Notes: a model not told the origin generated them from the letters alone. A stretch of DNA of 59,944 nt from Candidatus Limnocylindrales bacterium (GCA_038230295.1 JBBRNM010000006.1:1-59944); one strand, 5' to 3'. Shown: positions 20,951-30,189, counted from the stretch's first letter. Translations and numbers: made by a program.

Positions 20951-22096
20951 TCATCGGGCCGCCGCGGCGGCGAGGAACCGATCGAAGACCGCGAGCGCGT
21001 CGAGTGGCCCCGGCGCGCCCTCGGGGTGGTACTGGACGGTCTCGATCGGCAAGTCGCGGTGGCGGAGGCCTTCCACGGAGCGATCGTTCAGGTTGACCTG
21101 GCTGACCCGGAAGCCGCTCGCTGGCCGCAGCGTGTCGCCGACCACCTGGACCTCGTGGTTCTGCGCCGTCACCTGGACGAGACCGCTGTCGAGGTCCTGA
21201 ACCGGGTGGTTCGCGCCGTGATGGCCGAAACGAAGTCGGCGCGTTTCGGCACCCGCGGCACGACCGACGATCTGGTGACCCAGGCAGATCCCGAGCAGCG
21301 GACGCCCGTCGTCGATGATCGCCCGGGCGAGCGAGACCGGGCCATCGAGCCTCGCGGGGTCGCCCGGACCGGGCGAGAGCACGACGCCATCGAGGTCCGC
21401 CGAGAGCACGTCCGATCTGGTCGCCGTGTGTGGCAGGATCCGGACCCGGGCCCCGCGGCGGCGGAGGCTGCGGACGATGTTCGCCTTGAGGCCGAGGTCC
21501 ACGATGCCGATGAGCGGGCCGCCCTCGGCCGGATCGCCGATCTCCGTCACGGCGGCGGGCGAGACCTGGCCGACGAAGTCCTGGTCCTCCCAGCGCTCCA
21601 CCCGCCGGGCGCGATCCACCGCGACGTCGCGATCGAGAGCTCCGGGCTCGACGATGATCCCGCGGAGGCTCCCGTTCGCGCGAAGGTGGCGGGCCAGCGC
21701 CCGCGTGTCCACGCCGGCGATGGCGGGGATCCCGTTGCTTCGCAGGAGCGCGGCGAGCTGGCGGGCGTCGTCGAGGACGGCAGCCGTGGCATTAGCCACC
21801 ACGAGGCCGCGCAGCCAGGGTCGGATGGATTGGTCGTCGTCGACGAGCCGGCCATAGTTGCCGATCAGCGGATAGGTCATCACGACGACCTGGCCGGCGT
21901 ACGAGGGGTCGGTGCAGACCTCCTGGTAGCCCGTCTGGCTCGTATTCACGACGAGGTCGCCGCCGGCTGCCGCGGGCGCGCCGAACGCCACGCCGGGAAA
22001 GATGGTGCCGTCCTCGAGCGCGAGGAGGGCGGGGCCGAGATCGCCGATCCGGGGGTCGACCACGGCGCTCGATCGGGGCGCGGGTGGTGCGATCAC
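20951..22096 (-). CDS. carA: Carbamoyl-phosphate synthase small subunit
   Basis: LALEDG, TGYQEVCTDPSY, GICLGHQ, QYHPE. Start uncertain (GTG 22096, or TTG 22119 if there is a 1-nt indel). Confidence 0.97.
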   Translation of the reverse strand: MIAPPAPRSSAVVDPRIGDLGPALLALEDGTIFPGVAFGAPAAAGGDLVVNTSQTGYQEVCTDPSYAGQVVVMTYPLIGNYGRLVDDDQSIRPWLRGLVVANATAAVLDDARQLAALLRSNGIPAIAGVDTRALARHLRANGSLRGIIVEPGALDRDVAVDRARRVERWEDQDFVGQVSPAAVTEIGDPAEGGPLIGIVDLGLKANIVRSLRRRGARVRILPHTATRSDVLSADLDGVVLSPGPGDPARLDGPVSLARAIIDDGRPLLGICLGHQIVGRAAGAETRRLRFGHHGANHPVQDLDSGLVQVTAQNHEVQVVGDTLRPASGFRVSQVNLNDRSVEGLRHRDLPIETVQYHPEGAPGPLDALAVFDRFLAAAAAR

Positions 22097-22126
22097 GCGG
22101 GCACGGCAACGCTGGCCAAGGAGCCT

Positions 22127-22179
22127 CCTTCCCGGCCTCACGGGACCGGCTGACCGGCCTCACAGGACCGGCTTCAAGG
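22127..22179 (-). promoter_or_regulatory. PyrR-binding RNA element with a tandemly duplicated binding hairpin
   Basis: Minus strand CCTTGAA-GCCGGTCCTGTGAGGCCGG-TCA-GCCGGTCCCGTGAGGCCGG-GAAGG; both copies fit RUCCnGnGAGGY; overlaps AAGGAGG; extended -10 TGcTACCCT just upstream. Confidence 0.75.
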
Positions 22180-22264
22180 ACTCCGCGAAGGGTAGCACCG
22201 CGCGAGGTCAGCGCTGAAAGTCCGAAGGGATTCCGCAGTTCCGGAATCGAATCCGGTGCGGATC

Positions 22265-22423
22265 GGTGTCTGGGCGGCCAGCCGGCCCGCCATCGCCGGG
22301 GGAACAATGACGTGCTGAATGGTCGCCCAGTGCGGCTGAGAGTGTCGCGAATGTGCACCGCGCGCAGCCCCACCGGCGACAGTCGAAATGTCTCCAAGGC
22401 GACAATCGGCGGCGCCAGACATC
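22265..22423 (+). ncRNA. Candidate rod-shaped structured RNA, family unknown
   Basis: Nested pairings GGTGTCTGG/CCAGACATC, TCGCC/GGCGA, GTCGCC..GGCTG/CAGCC..GGCGAC with G-U pairs on the + strand; followed by a terminator-like hairpin. Confidence 0.4.
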
Positions 22424-22465
22424 ACGATGCCCGTGGGCGGGGGGCCGCCCTCCGGGCATCGTTTT
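22424..22465 (+). terminator. Intrinsic terminator-like hairpin
   Basis: ACGATGCCCG/CGGGCATCGT plus GGGCGG/CCGCCC stem followed by TTTT. Confidence 0.55.
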
Positions 22466-22759
22466 GGTCCGCTGCATCGGGGGCGTGAAAGCCCTTCCCC
22501 ACACCCGTCAGCCGGACGGTCCACCAGTGGCGTGCTGGCGGGCCAGGCGCGGGACTGTAGTGGTTGTCAGGTCCCGGGGCATTAGGTTGAACAACCTATT
22601 GGGTTCGGCGGACCCGGCTCCCTGCCGTGGCGAAACGCTTCGCGTTTGTTCCTTGGACCGGACCGACGCCAAGCGAATCAGGCCGATGCAGGGGCCGTCG
22701 CCGCACCTCGAGCCGGGGGCCGAGATCGGGCGGTCGCCAGGGCCCTCCTCGGCGGTCTG

Positions 22760-22834
22760 TGGTGAGCCAGCAGGGACTTGAACCCTGAACCCGCAGATTA
22801 AGAGTCTGCTGCTCTGCCATTGAGCTACTGGCCC
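22760..22834 (-). tRNA. tRNA-Lys (CTT)
   Basis: GGGCCAGTAGCTCAATGGCAGAGCA-GCAGA CT CTT AA TCTGC-...GGTTCAAGTCC...CTCACCA; CCA encoded. Confidence 0.97.
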
Positions 22835-22899
22835 GCGGCAGAGTCTACCCGACATCCTCCGCCACGGACCCCGCGACCAGTCGCTTCGGAGCGACCGGT

Positions 22900-24429
22900 T
22901 CAGATCTCCTGGTTGTCGATCTGGGCCCGCTGGAGGCGTCCGCTGTAGTCGACGTAGATCGATTTCCACTCGGTGAACGTGTCGAGCGCGACGTGACCGG
23001 CCTCGCGATGGCCGTTGCCCGTCTCCTTCCAGCCGCCGAACGGCAGATGCGTCTCGGCGCCGATCGTGCCTGCGTTGACGTACACGATGCCGGTCTCGAA
23101 GTCGCGCATCGCCCGGAACGCCATGTTCGCGTCGCGGGTGAAGATCGAGGAGGAGAGGCCGTATCGGACCTGGTTCAGCGCGGTCACCGCTGCCTGGTAG
23201 TCGTCGACGGGCACGACCGACAACACGGGCCCGAAGATCTCCTCCTGGGCGATCCGGTCCATCGGCTTCACGCCGCTGAAGATCGTCGGCTCGAAGAACG
23301 TGCCGTGCGCCAGGTCGCCGGACGTCGCGGCGTGACCTCCGAGGACGAGCTCGCCCTCGCCGCGACCGATCTCGACATACGAGCCGACCTTCTCGACGGC
23401 GGCCGGGTTGATCAACGGCCCGACATCGGTCTCCTCGTCGAGGCCGGAACCGAGTCGAAGGGCCTTCGCCCGCGTCTCCAGGCGCTCGAGCAGCGGCTCG
23501 AGGACCGGCCGCTCGACGATGACCCGCGAGCAGGCCGTGCAGCGCTGGCCGGTCGTGCCGAACGCGGACCAGAGGATGCCGTCCGTGGCGAGATCGAGGT
23601 CCGCGTCGCGCAGGACGACCACCCCGTTCTTGCCGCCGAGCTCGAGCGAGACGCGCTTCAGGCGGCGGGCAGCGCGCTCGGCGATCATCTTGCCGGTCGA
23701 CGTGTGGCCGGTGAAGGAGATGACCTGGACGTCGGGCGATTCGACGATCGCGTCGCCGACCTCGGCTCCACCGCCGGTCACCAGATTGACCGTGCCAGGC
23801 GGGAAACCGGCCTCGGCCAGGAGCTCGACCAGGAGCGTCGCGCAGTGGGGTGTGTCGCTTGCCGGCTTGAACACCACGGTATTCCCGGTCACCAGGGCCG
23901 GCATCATCTTCCAGCACGGGATCGCCATCGGGAAGTTCCAGGGGGTTATGATCCCGGCGATCCCGATCGGCTGGCGGATGCTCATCGCCCACTTGTCGGG
24001 CAGCTCCGAGGGCACCGTGTCGCCGAACATCCGACGACCCTCGCCGGCCATGAGGAAGGCGATGTCGATCCCCTCCTGCACGTCGCCCCGGGCCTCCGCG
24101 AGAACCTTGCCCATCTCGCGGGTCATCGCCCGGGCGAGCCGCTCCTTGTGCTCAGCCATGAGAGCGCCAAACCGGTACATGATCTCGCCACGCTTCGGCG
24201 CGGGGGTTGCCTTCCACCGCGGCAGCGCCATCTCGGCGGCCTTGACGGCCATGCCGACATCCGCCGCGGTGCCCGCCTGGAACCGCCCGACGACGTCACG
24301 CCGATCGGCCGGGTTCAGGCTCTCGAACGTCTTGCCCGAGACGGAGTCGACCCACTCCCCGGCGATGAAGAGCTGGTGGGTCCGGGTCGTTTGGTGATCC
24401 GGAGAACGGGCCGCCTCGGTCGTGGTCAT
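22900..24429 (-). CDS. Aldehyde dehydrogenase
   Basis: ITPWNFP, FTGHTSTG, LELGGKN, GQRCTA, EEIFGP, PFGG. Confidence 0.96.
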   Translation of the reverse strand: MTTTEAARSPDHQTTRTHQLFIAGEWVDSVSGKTFESLNPADRRDVVGRFQAGTAADVGMAVKAAEMALPRWKATPAPKRGEIMYRFGALMAEHKERLARAMTREMGKVLAEARGDVQEGIDIAFLMAGEGRRMFGDTVPSELPDKWAMSIRQPIGIAGIITPWNFPMAIPCWKMMPALVTGNTVVFKPASDTPHCATLLVELLAEAGFPPGTVNLVTGGGAEVGDAIVESPDVQVISFTGHTSTGKMIAERAARRLKRVSLELGGKNGVVVLRDADLDLATDGILWSAFGTTGQRCTACSRVIVERPVLEPLLERLETRAKALRLGSGLDEETDVGPLINPAAVEKVGSYVEIGRGEGELVLGGHAATSGDLAHGTFFEPTIFSGVKPMDRIAQEEIFGPVLSVVPVDDYQAAVTALNQVRYGLSSSIFTRDANMAFRAMRDFETGIVYVNAGTIGAETHLPFGGWKETGNGHREAGHVALDTFTEWKSIYVDYSGRLQRAQIDNQEI

Positions 24430-25379
24430 GACGGAATTCTACGAGCCGCTTCGTTGTGGACGGCCGCTTCGTTGCGGATGGCCCACGGCTGGAGGACCGC
24501 GTAGGCCGCGTCCGTCGAGGGCGTCGCGATGCCGGTCTCACGGCCGAGCCGCGAAAGTGTGCCCTGGAGCGCCTCGATCTCCATGCGCCGCCCGTTCAGG
24601 AGATCGTGCCGAAGCGACGTGCCTTCCGAATCCGCCTGCGAGAGCACGCGGTCGAGCTGCCGATCGACGAGGTCGTCACCGAGCGGGACGCCGAGCGCTC
24701 GCCCCACGGTCCAGGCCTCGGACATGATCGCGCGGAGCATCGCGACGGCCGCCGGTGCGCGCTTGATGTCGCCGAGCGGCAGCTGCGTGCCGGCGCTGAC
24801 GGCCGAGAACGCCACCAGCAGGACGTATTTCTCCCACTTCGCGACCCGCACGTCCGCGGCGGCTTCGGCGGTCACGCCGCCCGCGTTTGCCAGCTCAACG
24901 AGCGCGAGAACGCGCTCGCTCGGCGGTCCCGGATCGAGCTCGCCGACGACGATCCTCGCCGTGCCGCTGCGAACGACGCCGGGGGCTTCGAGCGCCGCGA
25001 GGATGTAGGCCGCGCCACCCAGCACGTGCTGGGCGCCGACGACTGCCCCGATCCGCTCCTCGTTGTCGATGCCGTTCTGGAGCGAGAGGACGGCAGTCCC
25101 CTCCCCGATCAGCGGGGCGAGCTGGGCCGCGGCCGTCTCGGTGTCGTATGACTTCACGCAGAACAGCACGAGATCGACCGGCCCGATCTCGGCCGGGTCA
25201 TCGGTGGCGGTAAGTCGGAACGTCTCCGATCGACCGCCCGACACGATGGTCAGCCCATCACGTCGGAGGGCTTCGAGATTCGACCCGCGGGAGATGAGGC
25301 TGACCTCGGCGCCGGCCGCCGCGAGCCGCGACCCGAAGTAGCCGCCGACTCCGCCGACGCCCATGACCGCGATCTTCAT
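24426..25379 (-). CDS. panE: 2-dehydropantoate 2-reductase (ketopantoate reductase family)
   Basis: MKIAVMGVGGVGG, CVKSYD, SLQNG, KWEK, TSLRHDLLNGRRMEI. Confidence 0.9.
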   Translation of the reverse strand: MKIAVMGVGGVGGYFGSRLAAAGAEVSLISRGSNLEALRRDGLTIVSGGRSETFRLTATDDPAEIGPVDLVLFCVKSYDTETAAAQLAPLIGEGTAVLSLQNGIDNEERIGAVVGAQHVLGGAAYILAALEAPGVVRSGTARIVVGELDPGPPSERVLALVELANAGGVTAEAAADVRVAKWEKYVLLVAFSAVSAGTQLPLGDIKRAPAAVAMLRAIMSEAWTVGRALGVPLGDDLVDRQLDRVLSQADSEGTSLRHDLLNGRRMEIEALQGTLSRLGRETGIATPSTDAAYAVLQPWAIRNEAAVHNEAARRIPS

Positions 25380-25386
25380 GCCACGC

Positions 25387-25938
25387 TCACGCCGACGCCC
25401 CGGCATACCGCCGCAGGCCGATCCGGAAGAAGATCCGCGTCACCACGAGCAGTATGGCCGCGAAGACGATGGCCTCGACCATGGTCTCGGGCGTGAGGCG
25501 CCCGGTCAGCGCCTGGGCCGGCACCGTGACCGCGAACGCGATCGGCACGAGGAACGTCAGGCTGGTCCGCATCCAGCCGGGATAGATCGTCACGGGCCAG
25601 CGGCCCGTCTGGTAGACGCCCTCGAACAGCTCGGCGATCTCGTCGACGCGGACGATCCAGAACGCAATCGTCGTGAGAATCAGCCAGAAGCAATAGATCA
25701 TCACCCCGCCGAGCACGAGGGCGACACCGAACGCGATCGCCTCGAGCAGCCCGATCGTGGACTGCAACTGGCTAATGGCATAGCCGAGGATGACGACCCC
25801 AACCAGGACGTCGACGGCCTGCCAGATCTTGACCTCGCGAACGCTCGACAGGACCTGGATGTCCTCGGGCTTCGTCAGGATGAAGTCGAACGTCCCCTGG
25901 CGGATCTCCTGCGTGCGGCGCTCCCTCAGGAAGGCCAT
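25387..25938 (-). pseudogene. ABC-2 family permease, C-terminal fragment
   Basis: IRQGTFDFILTKP...TIAFW...GRWPVTIYP...TFLVPIAFAVTVPA...GLRRYAGAS. N-terminal TM segments and the partner ATPase/permease are absent. Confidence 0.7.
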
Positions 25939-26231
25939 CGTGTCGAGGCTTGGCTGCGGCGGCCCAGCGGCATCCTGGCCGCGCTTTCTTTCATGCCATA
26001 CGAGCAAGGGCCGGACCGAAGGCGGAGCCTCGCCACGCCCAAGCGGGTCAGACTCGCGGCCCGTGCGGGGCCCGCGGCCGCCTGACGGACTGTCGGTCAG
26101 GATCGATGGATCTGGCAGTCTGGCAGCAGCAGAAGTCCGGCTGGTCTCGGTCTCCTGATCGGTTGGCAGGAAGATCGAGACGGGGGCCTGCGGCGGCTCG
26201 GCGTTCGTGACCGGGCCGATCGCTGACGGGC

Positions 26232-27440
26232 TTAGCTCTTGGCCCGATCGGCGCGCTTGAGGACCTCGTCGGCCACGATTGCGCGATGGATCTGGTTCGT
26301 GCCCTCATAGATCTGGGCGCCCTTCGCGTCGCGCATGAGGCGCTCGATCCCGGTTTCCCGGGAGTAGCCACTCCCGCCGAAGAGCTGGACCGCGTCCGTG
26401 GCGACCTTCATGGCCGTGTCGGACGCCGTCCATTTCGCGAGCGAGGAGGCCTCGCCGATGGGCTCACCGCGGTCCTTCGCGCGCGCGGCCTCGTGGGTGA
26501 GAGCCCGCGCCGCGGCCACGTCGCGCGCCATTTCGGCCAGCATGAACCGGAGGCCCTGCTGCTCCGAGAGCGGGGCCCCGAACGCCTTTCGCTGCTGGAC
26601 GTACGCGGCCGACTGCTCGAGTGCGGACCGGGCGAGCCCGACGCAGGCCGCGGCGATGGAGATCCGGCCTTCCGCGAGAGCGGACAGGGCGATCCGGTAA
26701 CCCTGGCCTTCGCCGCCGAGACGATTCGCGGCCGGGACGACCGCGCCGTCGAAGATGAGCTCAGCGGCGGGACACGCGCGGATTCCCATCTTCTTCTCAT
26801 GCGCCCCGAATCGGAATCCGGCGGTCCCCTTCTCCACGAGGAACGCGGTGATGCCCTTCGGCCCCTTCGCCAGATCGATCGTCGCGAAGACGAGATAGCG
26901 ATCGGCTTCGGGCGCGTTCGAGATCCAGATCTTCGTCCCGTCGAGGCGGTAGGAGGCGATCTCGGACGCGGGCGCCTTGGCCGCGACCTCTTCGCCCGCC
27001 GCATTGAGGCGCGTCGCCCTCGTCCTCAGGGCCGCAGCGTCGCTCCCGCCCGACGGCTCCGTCAGGCAGAACGCGCCGAGCGCCTCGCCTGCCAGCATCG
27101 GCGGCAGCCAGCGATGGTGCTGCTCTGCCGACCCGAAGGTCACGACCGGGTACTGGGAGAGGATGTGCACCGACAGCGTCACCGCGGACGCCATGTCCGC
27201 CGCGCCCAGCTCTTCCATGACGAGCGCCCAGCCCAGGTAGCTGAAGCCCGCGCCGCCGACGGACTCGGGGAGCGGCGCCGCCGTCAGCCCGAGCTCGCCC
27301 ATCCGCCGGAAGATCCCACGTTCGAAGCGCTCCTCCTCGTCACGCGCGATCGCCGTCGGCGCGAGCTCGCGCTGGGCGAACTCTCGGGCGGTGTCGCGCA
27401 GCAGCCGCTCCTCCGAGGTCAGGCCACCGTCGGACGTCAC
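26232..27440 (-). CDS. Acyl-CoA dehydrogenase (short/branched-chain type)
   Basis: FCLTEPSGGSD, GTKIWISN, KMGIRA, QLFGGSGY, QIYEGTNQI. Start approximate. Confidence 0.95.
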   Translation of the reverse strand: MTSDGGLTSEERLLRDTAREFAQRELAPTAIARDEEERFERGIFRRMGELGLTAAPLPESVGGAGFSYLGWALVMEELGAADMASAVTLSVHILSQYPVVTFGSAEQHHRWLPPMLAGEALGAFCLTEPSGGSDAAALRTRATRLNAAGEEVAAKAPASEIASYRLDGTKIWISNAPEADRYLVFATIDLAKGPKGITAFLVEKGTAGFRFGAHEKKMGIRACPAAELIFDGAVVPAANRLGGEGQGYRIALSALAEGRISIAAACVGLARSALEQSAAYVQQRKAFGAPLSEQQGLRFMLAEMARDVAAARALTHEAARAKDRGEPIGEASSLAKWTASDTAMKVATDAVQLFGGSGYSRETGIERLMRDAKGAQIYEGTNQIHRAIVADEVLKRADRAKS

Positions 27441-27509
27441 GAGCCCGTCACCGTGGCCAGCCCCCTCGGCGTCACGGCGCCCCATCACCGCGGCCCAGCT
27501 CGGATGATG

Positions 27510-27683
27510 CCGTTTACCAATGGGGGTGGTGATACGCGTCGATCTCGCGCCCCGGCGGACTGACGGCGGTGGTTCGGACCTTTCGCTCGAACGTGGCCGT
27601 CGCTCGAGGAGGGCCAAGACCTGCAGCTCCGGGCGCGGACGGCGCTCGAAGCGGCACGTACCACCACTCGGGTTGGTAAACGG
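27510..27683. mobile_element. MITE-like element with ~27-bp imperfect terminal inverted repeats
   Basis: Left CCGTTTACCAAtgggGGTGGTGaTACG vs right (reverse complement) CCGTTTACCAAcccgAGTGGTGgTACG; 174 bp, non-coding; no clear target-site duplication. Confidence 0.5.
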
Positions 27684-27723
27684 GTCCGACTCGGCCCGCT
27701 TGACGACTGGGGCCTCGCCGCCG

Positions 27724-28587
27724 TCACTGGCGCGGGTAGGTGTGGAAGCCGCGGCCCGTCTTCTGGCCGAGGTGGCCCGCGGCGACGAGTTCGACCAGCA
27801 CCTTCGGCGGCTTGAAGTGCGCCTGGCCGAAACCGTCATACAGGACCTGCATGACGTTCAGGCAGACGTCGAGGCCGATGAAGTCGGCGAGCTCGAGGGG
27901 GCCCATCGGGTGGTTCAGCCCGACCTTCGCCCCCGTGTCGATGTCGTCGGCGGTGCCGGTTCCGTCCTCGAGGGCGTGCATCGCCTCCGCGAGGAGCGGC
28001 ATGAGGATTCGGTTCACGATGAACCCGGGCCGATCCGCCGAGACGATCAGCTGCTTGCCGAGCTCATCCGCGAGTTCCCGGATCGCCGCCTCGGTCGCGT
28101 CGGTCGTCGCCGCACCGCGGATCAGCTCGATCAGCGGCATGACCGGCACCGGGCTGAAGAAGTGCATTCCCACGAAGCGGCCCTTGCGGCCGGGCGAGAC
28201 GGCCTCAGCCAGCGAATCGATCGAGATGGAGCTCGTGTTCGACGCGAAGATCGTCGCCTCGGGGGCCATCTCGTCGAGCGATCGCCAGAGCTCGCGCTTG
28301 ATCTCGAGGTCCTCGAACACGGCCTCGACGACGAGGTCGGCCGTCCTGACGCGCGAGATGTCGGCCGTGGGCTCGACTCGAGCCAGGATCGCATCGCGGG
28401 CCGCGGCGTCCAGCTTGCCCTTCGCGACCGACCGATCGAGGTTGGCGGCAATCCGATCGCGCCCCGCGACGGCCCTGGCCAGGTCCGGCTCATAGAGCAC
28501 GACATCCTTGCCGATTGCCGCGTGGACCTGGCCGATCCCGTGGCCCATGAGCCCGGCGCCGGCAACGAAGACCCGCTGCAGCGTCAT
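27724..28587 (-). CDS. hbd: 3-hydroxybutyryl-CoA dehydrogenase
   Basis: GAGLMGHGI, VEAVFED, ASNTSS, GMHFFSP, PGFIVNR, HPMGP. Confidence 0.93.
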   Translation of the reverse strand: MTLQRVFVAGAGLMGHGIGQVHAAIGKDVVLYEPDLARAVAGRDRIAANLDRSVAKGKLDAAARDAILARVEPTADISRVRTADLVVEAVFEDLEIKRELWRSLDEMAPEATIFASNTSSISIDSLAEAVSPGRKGRFVGMHFFSPVPVMPLIELIRGAATTDATEAAIRELADELGKQLIVSADRPGFIVNRILMPLLAEAMHALEDGTGTADDIDTGAKVGLNHPMGPLELADFIGLDVCLNVMQVLYDGFGQAHFKPPKVLVELVAAGHLGQKTGRGFHTYPRQ

Positions 28588-29783
28588 GACGGCAGGATAC
28601 CCGGCGAGCCCAGGTCGGCCAGGAGCCGGTCGGCGGCGGCGAATGGGTCGAGCGCGTGGTCCGCAACGGCGCGGAGCGTCGCGTCGGTGGCCGCGCGCCG
28701 ATCGTCAGCGGTAAGCGTCGCCCGGATCCGGTCCCCGAGGATCGCCCAGACCTGCGCGCCGGCACGGGCGAGGCGCGCCGGCGAATCGGCGCCATCGCGG
28801 GCGCTCGCCCGATGGGCATCGAGCGCGGCCAGGAGCTCGGGGACGCCTTCTCCGGTCGCGGCCGTGGTCACCAGGACCTGTGGTTGCTTCGGACGCGGTC
28901 CGGACGATTGTGGGCTGGGGGGCGCTGCAGGCTTCGATGCCTCGGGAGCCGCCGACTCGGCTGCGTGGGAACCCGCTGAGGCGGCCATGTCGCCGCGCGC
29001 GTGCCCCTTCCCGTGATGGCCGTTCGCGGCCCCGACCCGGGCGACCGCCACGAGCATTGCCCGCAGCTGCGAGGCCGTCCGTTGGGCTCCGGGTCGATCG
29101 CCCTTGTTCACGACGACGATGTCGGCGACCTCGAGCAGGCCGGCCTTGATCGCCTGGACCTCGTCGCCCATCTCGGGCGCCTCGAGGACGACCGTCGTGT
29201 CCGCGGCTCCGGCGACCTCGACCTCGGACTGGCCCGTCCCGACCGTCTCCAGGAGGATCAGGTCGAAGCCCGCCGCATCGAGGACGGCCGCGGCTGCGGT
29301 CGACGTGGAAGCGAGACCACCGGCGTGTCCGCGCGCCGCCATCGAGCGGATGAACACGTCGCGATCCGAGGAGTACGCCTGCATCCGGACGCGGTCACCG
29401 AGCAGGGCGCCGCCGGTGATGGGGCTCGACGGATCCACGGCAATCACACCGACGGTGCGACCACGGCTGCGAACCTCTGCGATGAGCGCCGAGACCAGCG
29501 TCGATTTCCCCGCGCCGGGCGGCCCCGTGATCCCGACCAGGTGGGCATGTCCGGCCAGGGGGTACAGCCGTCGCAACGCTGCCTCGGCAACCCCGGTCCG
29601 ATTCTCGACCGCCGTGAGGATCCGGGCCAATGCGAGGCGGTCGCCGCCGAGCGCGGCATCGGTGAGGGCGGCCGCGCGGGTCTCGGACGCGGAGGAGCCG
29701 CGAGACGCGGACGCGACGACCCGAGTCTCAGGCGCTGGCCCCGCGACGCCGGTCTTGGGCGCGGACGCGCCGCGCGCGGCCAT
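28584..29783 (-). CDS. meaB: MeaB/ArgK GTPase chaperone of B12 acyl-CoA mutases
   Basis: GITGPPGAGKST, AVDPSSPITGGALLGDRVRM, ETVGTGQSE, VNKGD. Confidence 0.95.
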   Translation of the reverse strand: MAARGASAPKTGVAGPAPETRVVASASRGSSASETRAAALTDAALGGDRLALARILTAVENRTGVAEAALRRLYPLAGHAHLVGITGPPGAGKSTLVSALIAEVRSRGRTVGVIAVDPSSPITGGALLGDRVRMQAYSSDRDVFIRSMAARGHAGGLASTSTAAAAVLDAAGFDLILLETVGTGQSEVEVAGAADTTVVLEAPEMGDEVQAIKAGLLEVADIVVVNKGDRPGAQRTASQLRAMLVAVARVGAANGHHGKGHARGDMAASAGSHAAESAAPEASKPAAPPSPQSSGPRPKQPQVLVTTAATGEGVPELLAALDAHRASARDGADSPARLARAGAQVWAILGDRIRATLTADDRRAATDATLRAVADHALDPFAAADRLLADLGSPGILPS

Positions 29784-29784
29784 G

Positions 29785-30189
29785 TCAGTCGCGCGGTCGG
29801 GCGTTGGCCCGGAGGTATTGCGCGACCTCCGCGATGGTCGTGCCCGGCCCGAACGTGGCGGCGACGCCGGCTTCGCGCAGCGCCGGGACATCGTCGTCCG
29901 GGATGATCCCGCCGACGACCAGCAGCACGTCGTCCATGCCCGCCTCGCGAAGGAGCTTGCCGACCCGCGGCACGAGCGTCATGTGGGCGCCCGACAGGAT
30001 CGACAGTCCCACGACATCCACGTCCTCCTGGAGGGCCGCGGTAGCGACCATCTCGGGCGTCTGGCGGAGGCCGGTGTAGACGACCTCGAAGCCTTCGTCG
30101 CGCAGCCCGCGCGCGAGCACCTTCGCGCCGCGATCGTGGCCGTCGAGGCCAGGCTTCGCGATCAGGACCTTGATCGGTCGATCGGTCAT
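29785..30189 (-). CDS. B12-binding small subunit of an acyl-CoA mutase (IcmB-like)
   Basis: [12 protein letters not shown] (DxHxxG), [14 protein letters not shown]. Confidence 0.95.
   Translation of the reverse strand: MTDRPIKVLIAKPGLDGHDRGAKVLARGLRDEGFEVVYTGLRQTPEMVATAALQEDVDVVGLSILSGAHMTLVPRVGKLLREAGMDDVLLVVGGIIPDDDVPALREAGVAATFGPGTTIAEVAQYLRANARPRD

Noticed and set aside
22210-22520. c-di-AMP (ydaO) or TPP riboswitch, suggested by GCTGAA, GGGGAAC, CCCGTCAGC and GCTGAGA
   Set aside because: The words are too far apart, other conserved blocks are missing, and no downstream gene lies on that strand.
22566-22580. SRP RNA, suggested by GTCAGGTCC
   Set aside because: Lacks the following GNRA loop and GGAAGCAGC of SRP domain IV.
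26075-26200. Possible hairpin element downstream of the acyl-CoA dehydrogenase
   Set aside because: Pairing (GGTCAGGA/TCCTGATC) is short and relies on wobble; not distinguishable from chance by eye.
28880-29040. Low-complexity His/Ala/Pro insert in MeaB as a metal-binding domain
   Set aside because: Looks like a variable disordered loop; only four scattered His and no way to assess conservation.
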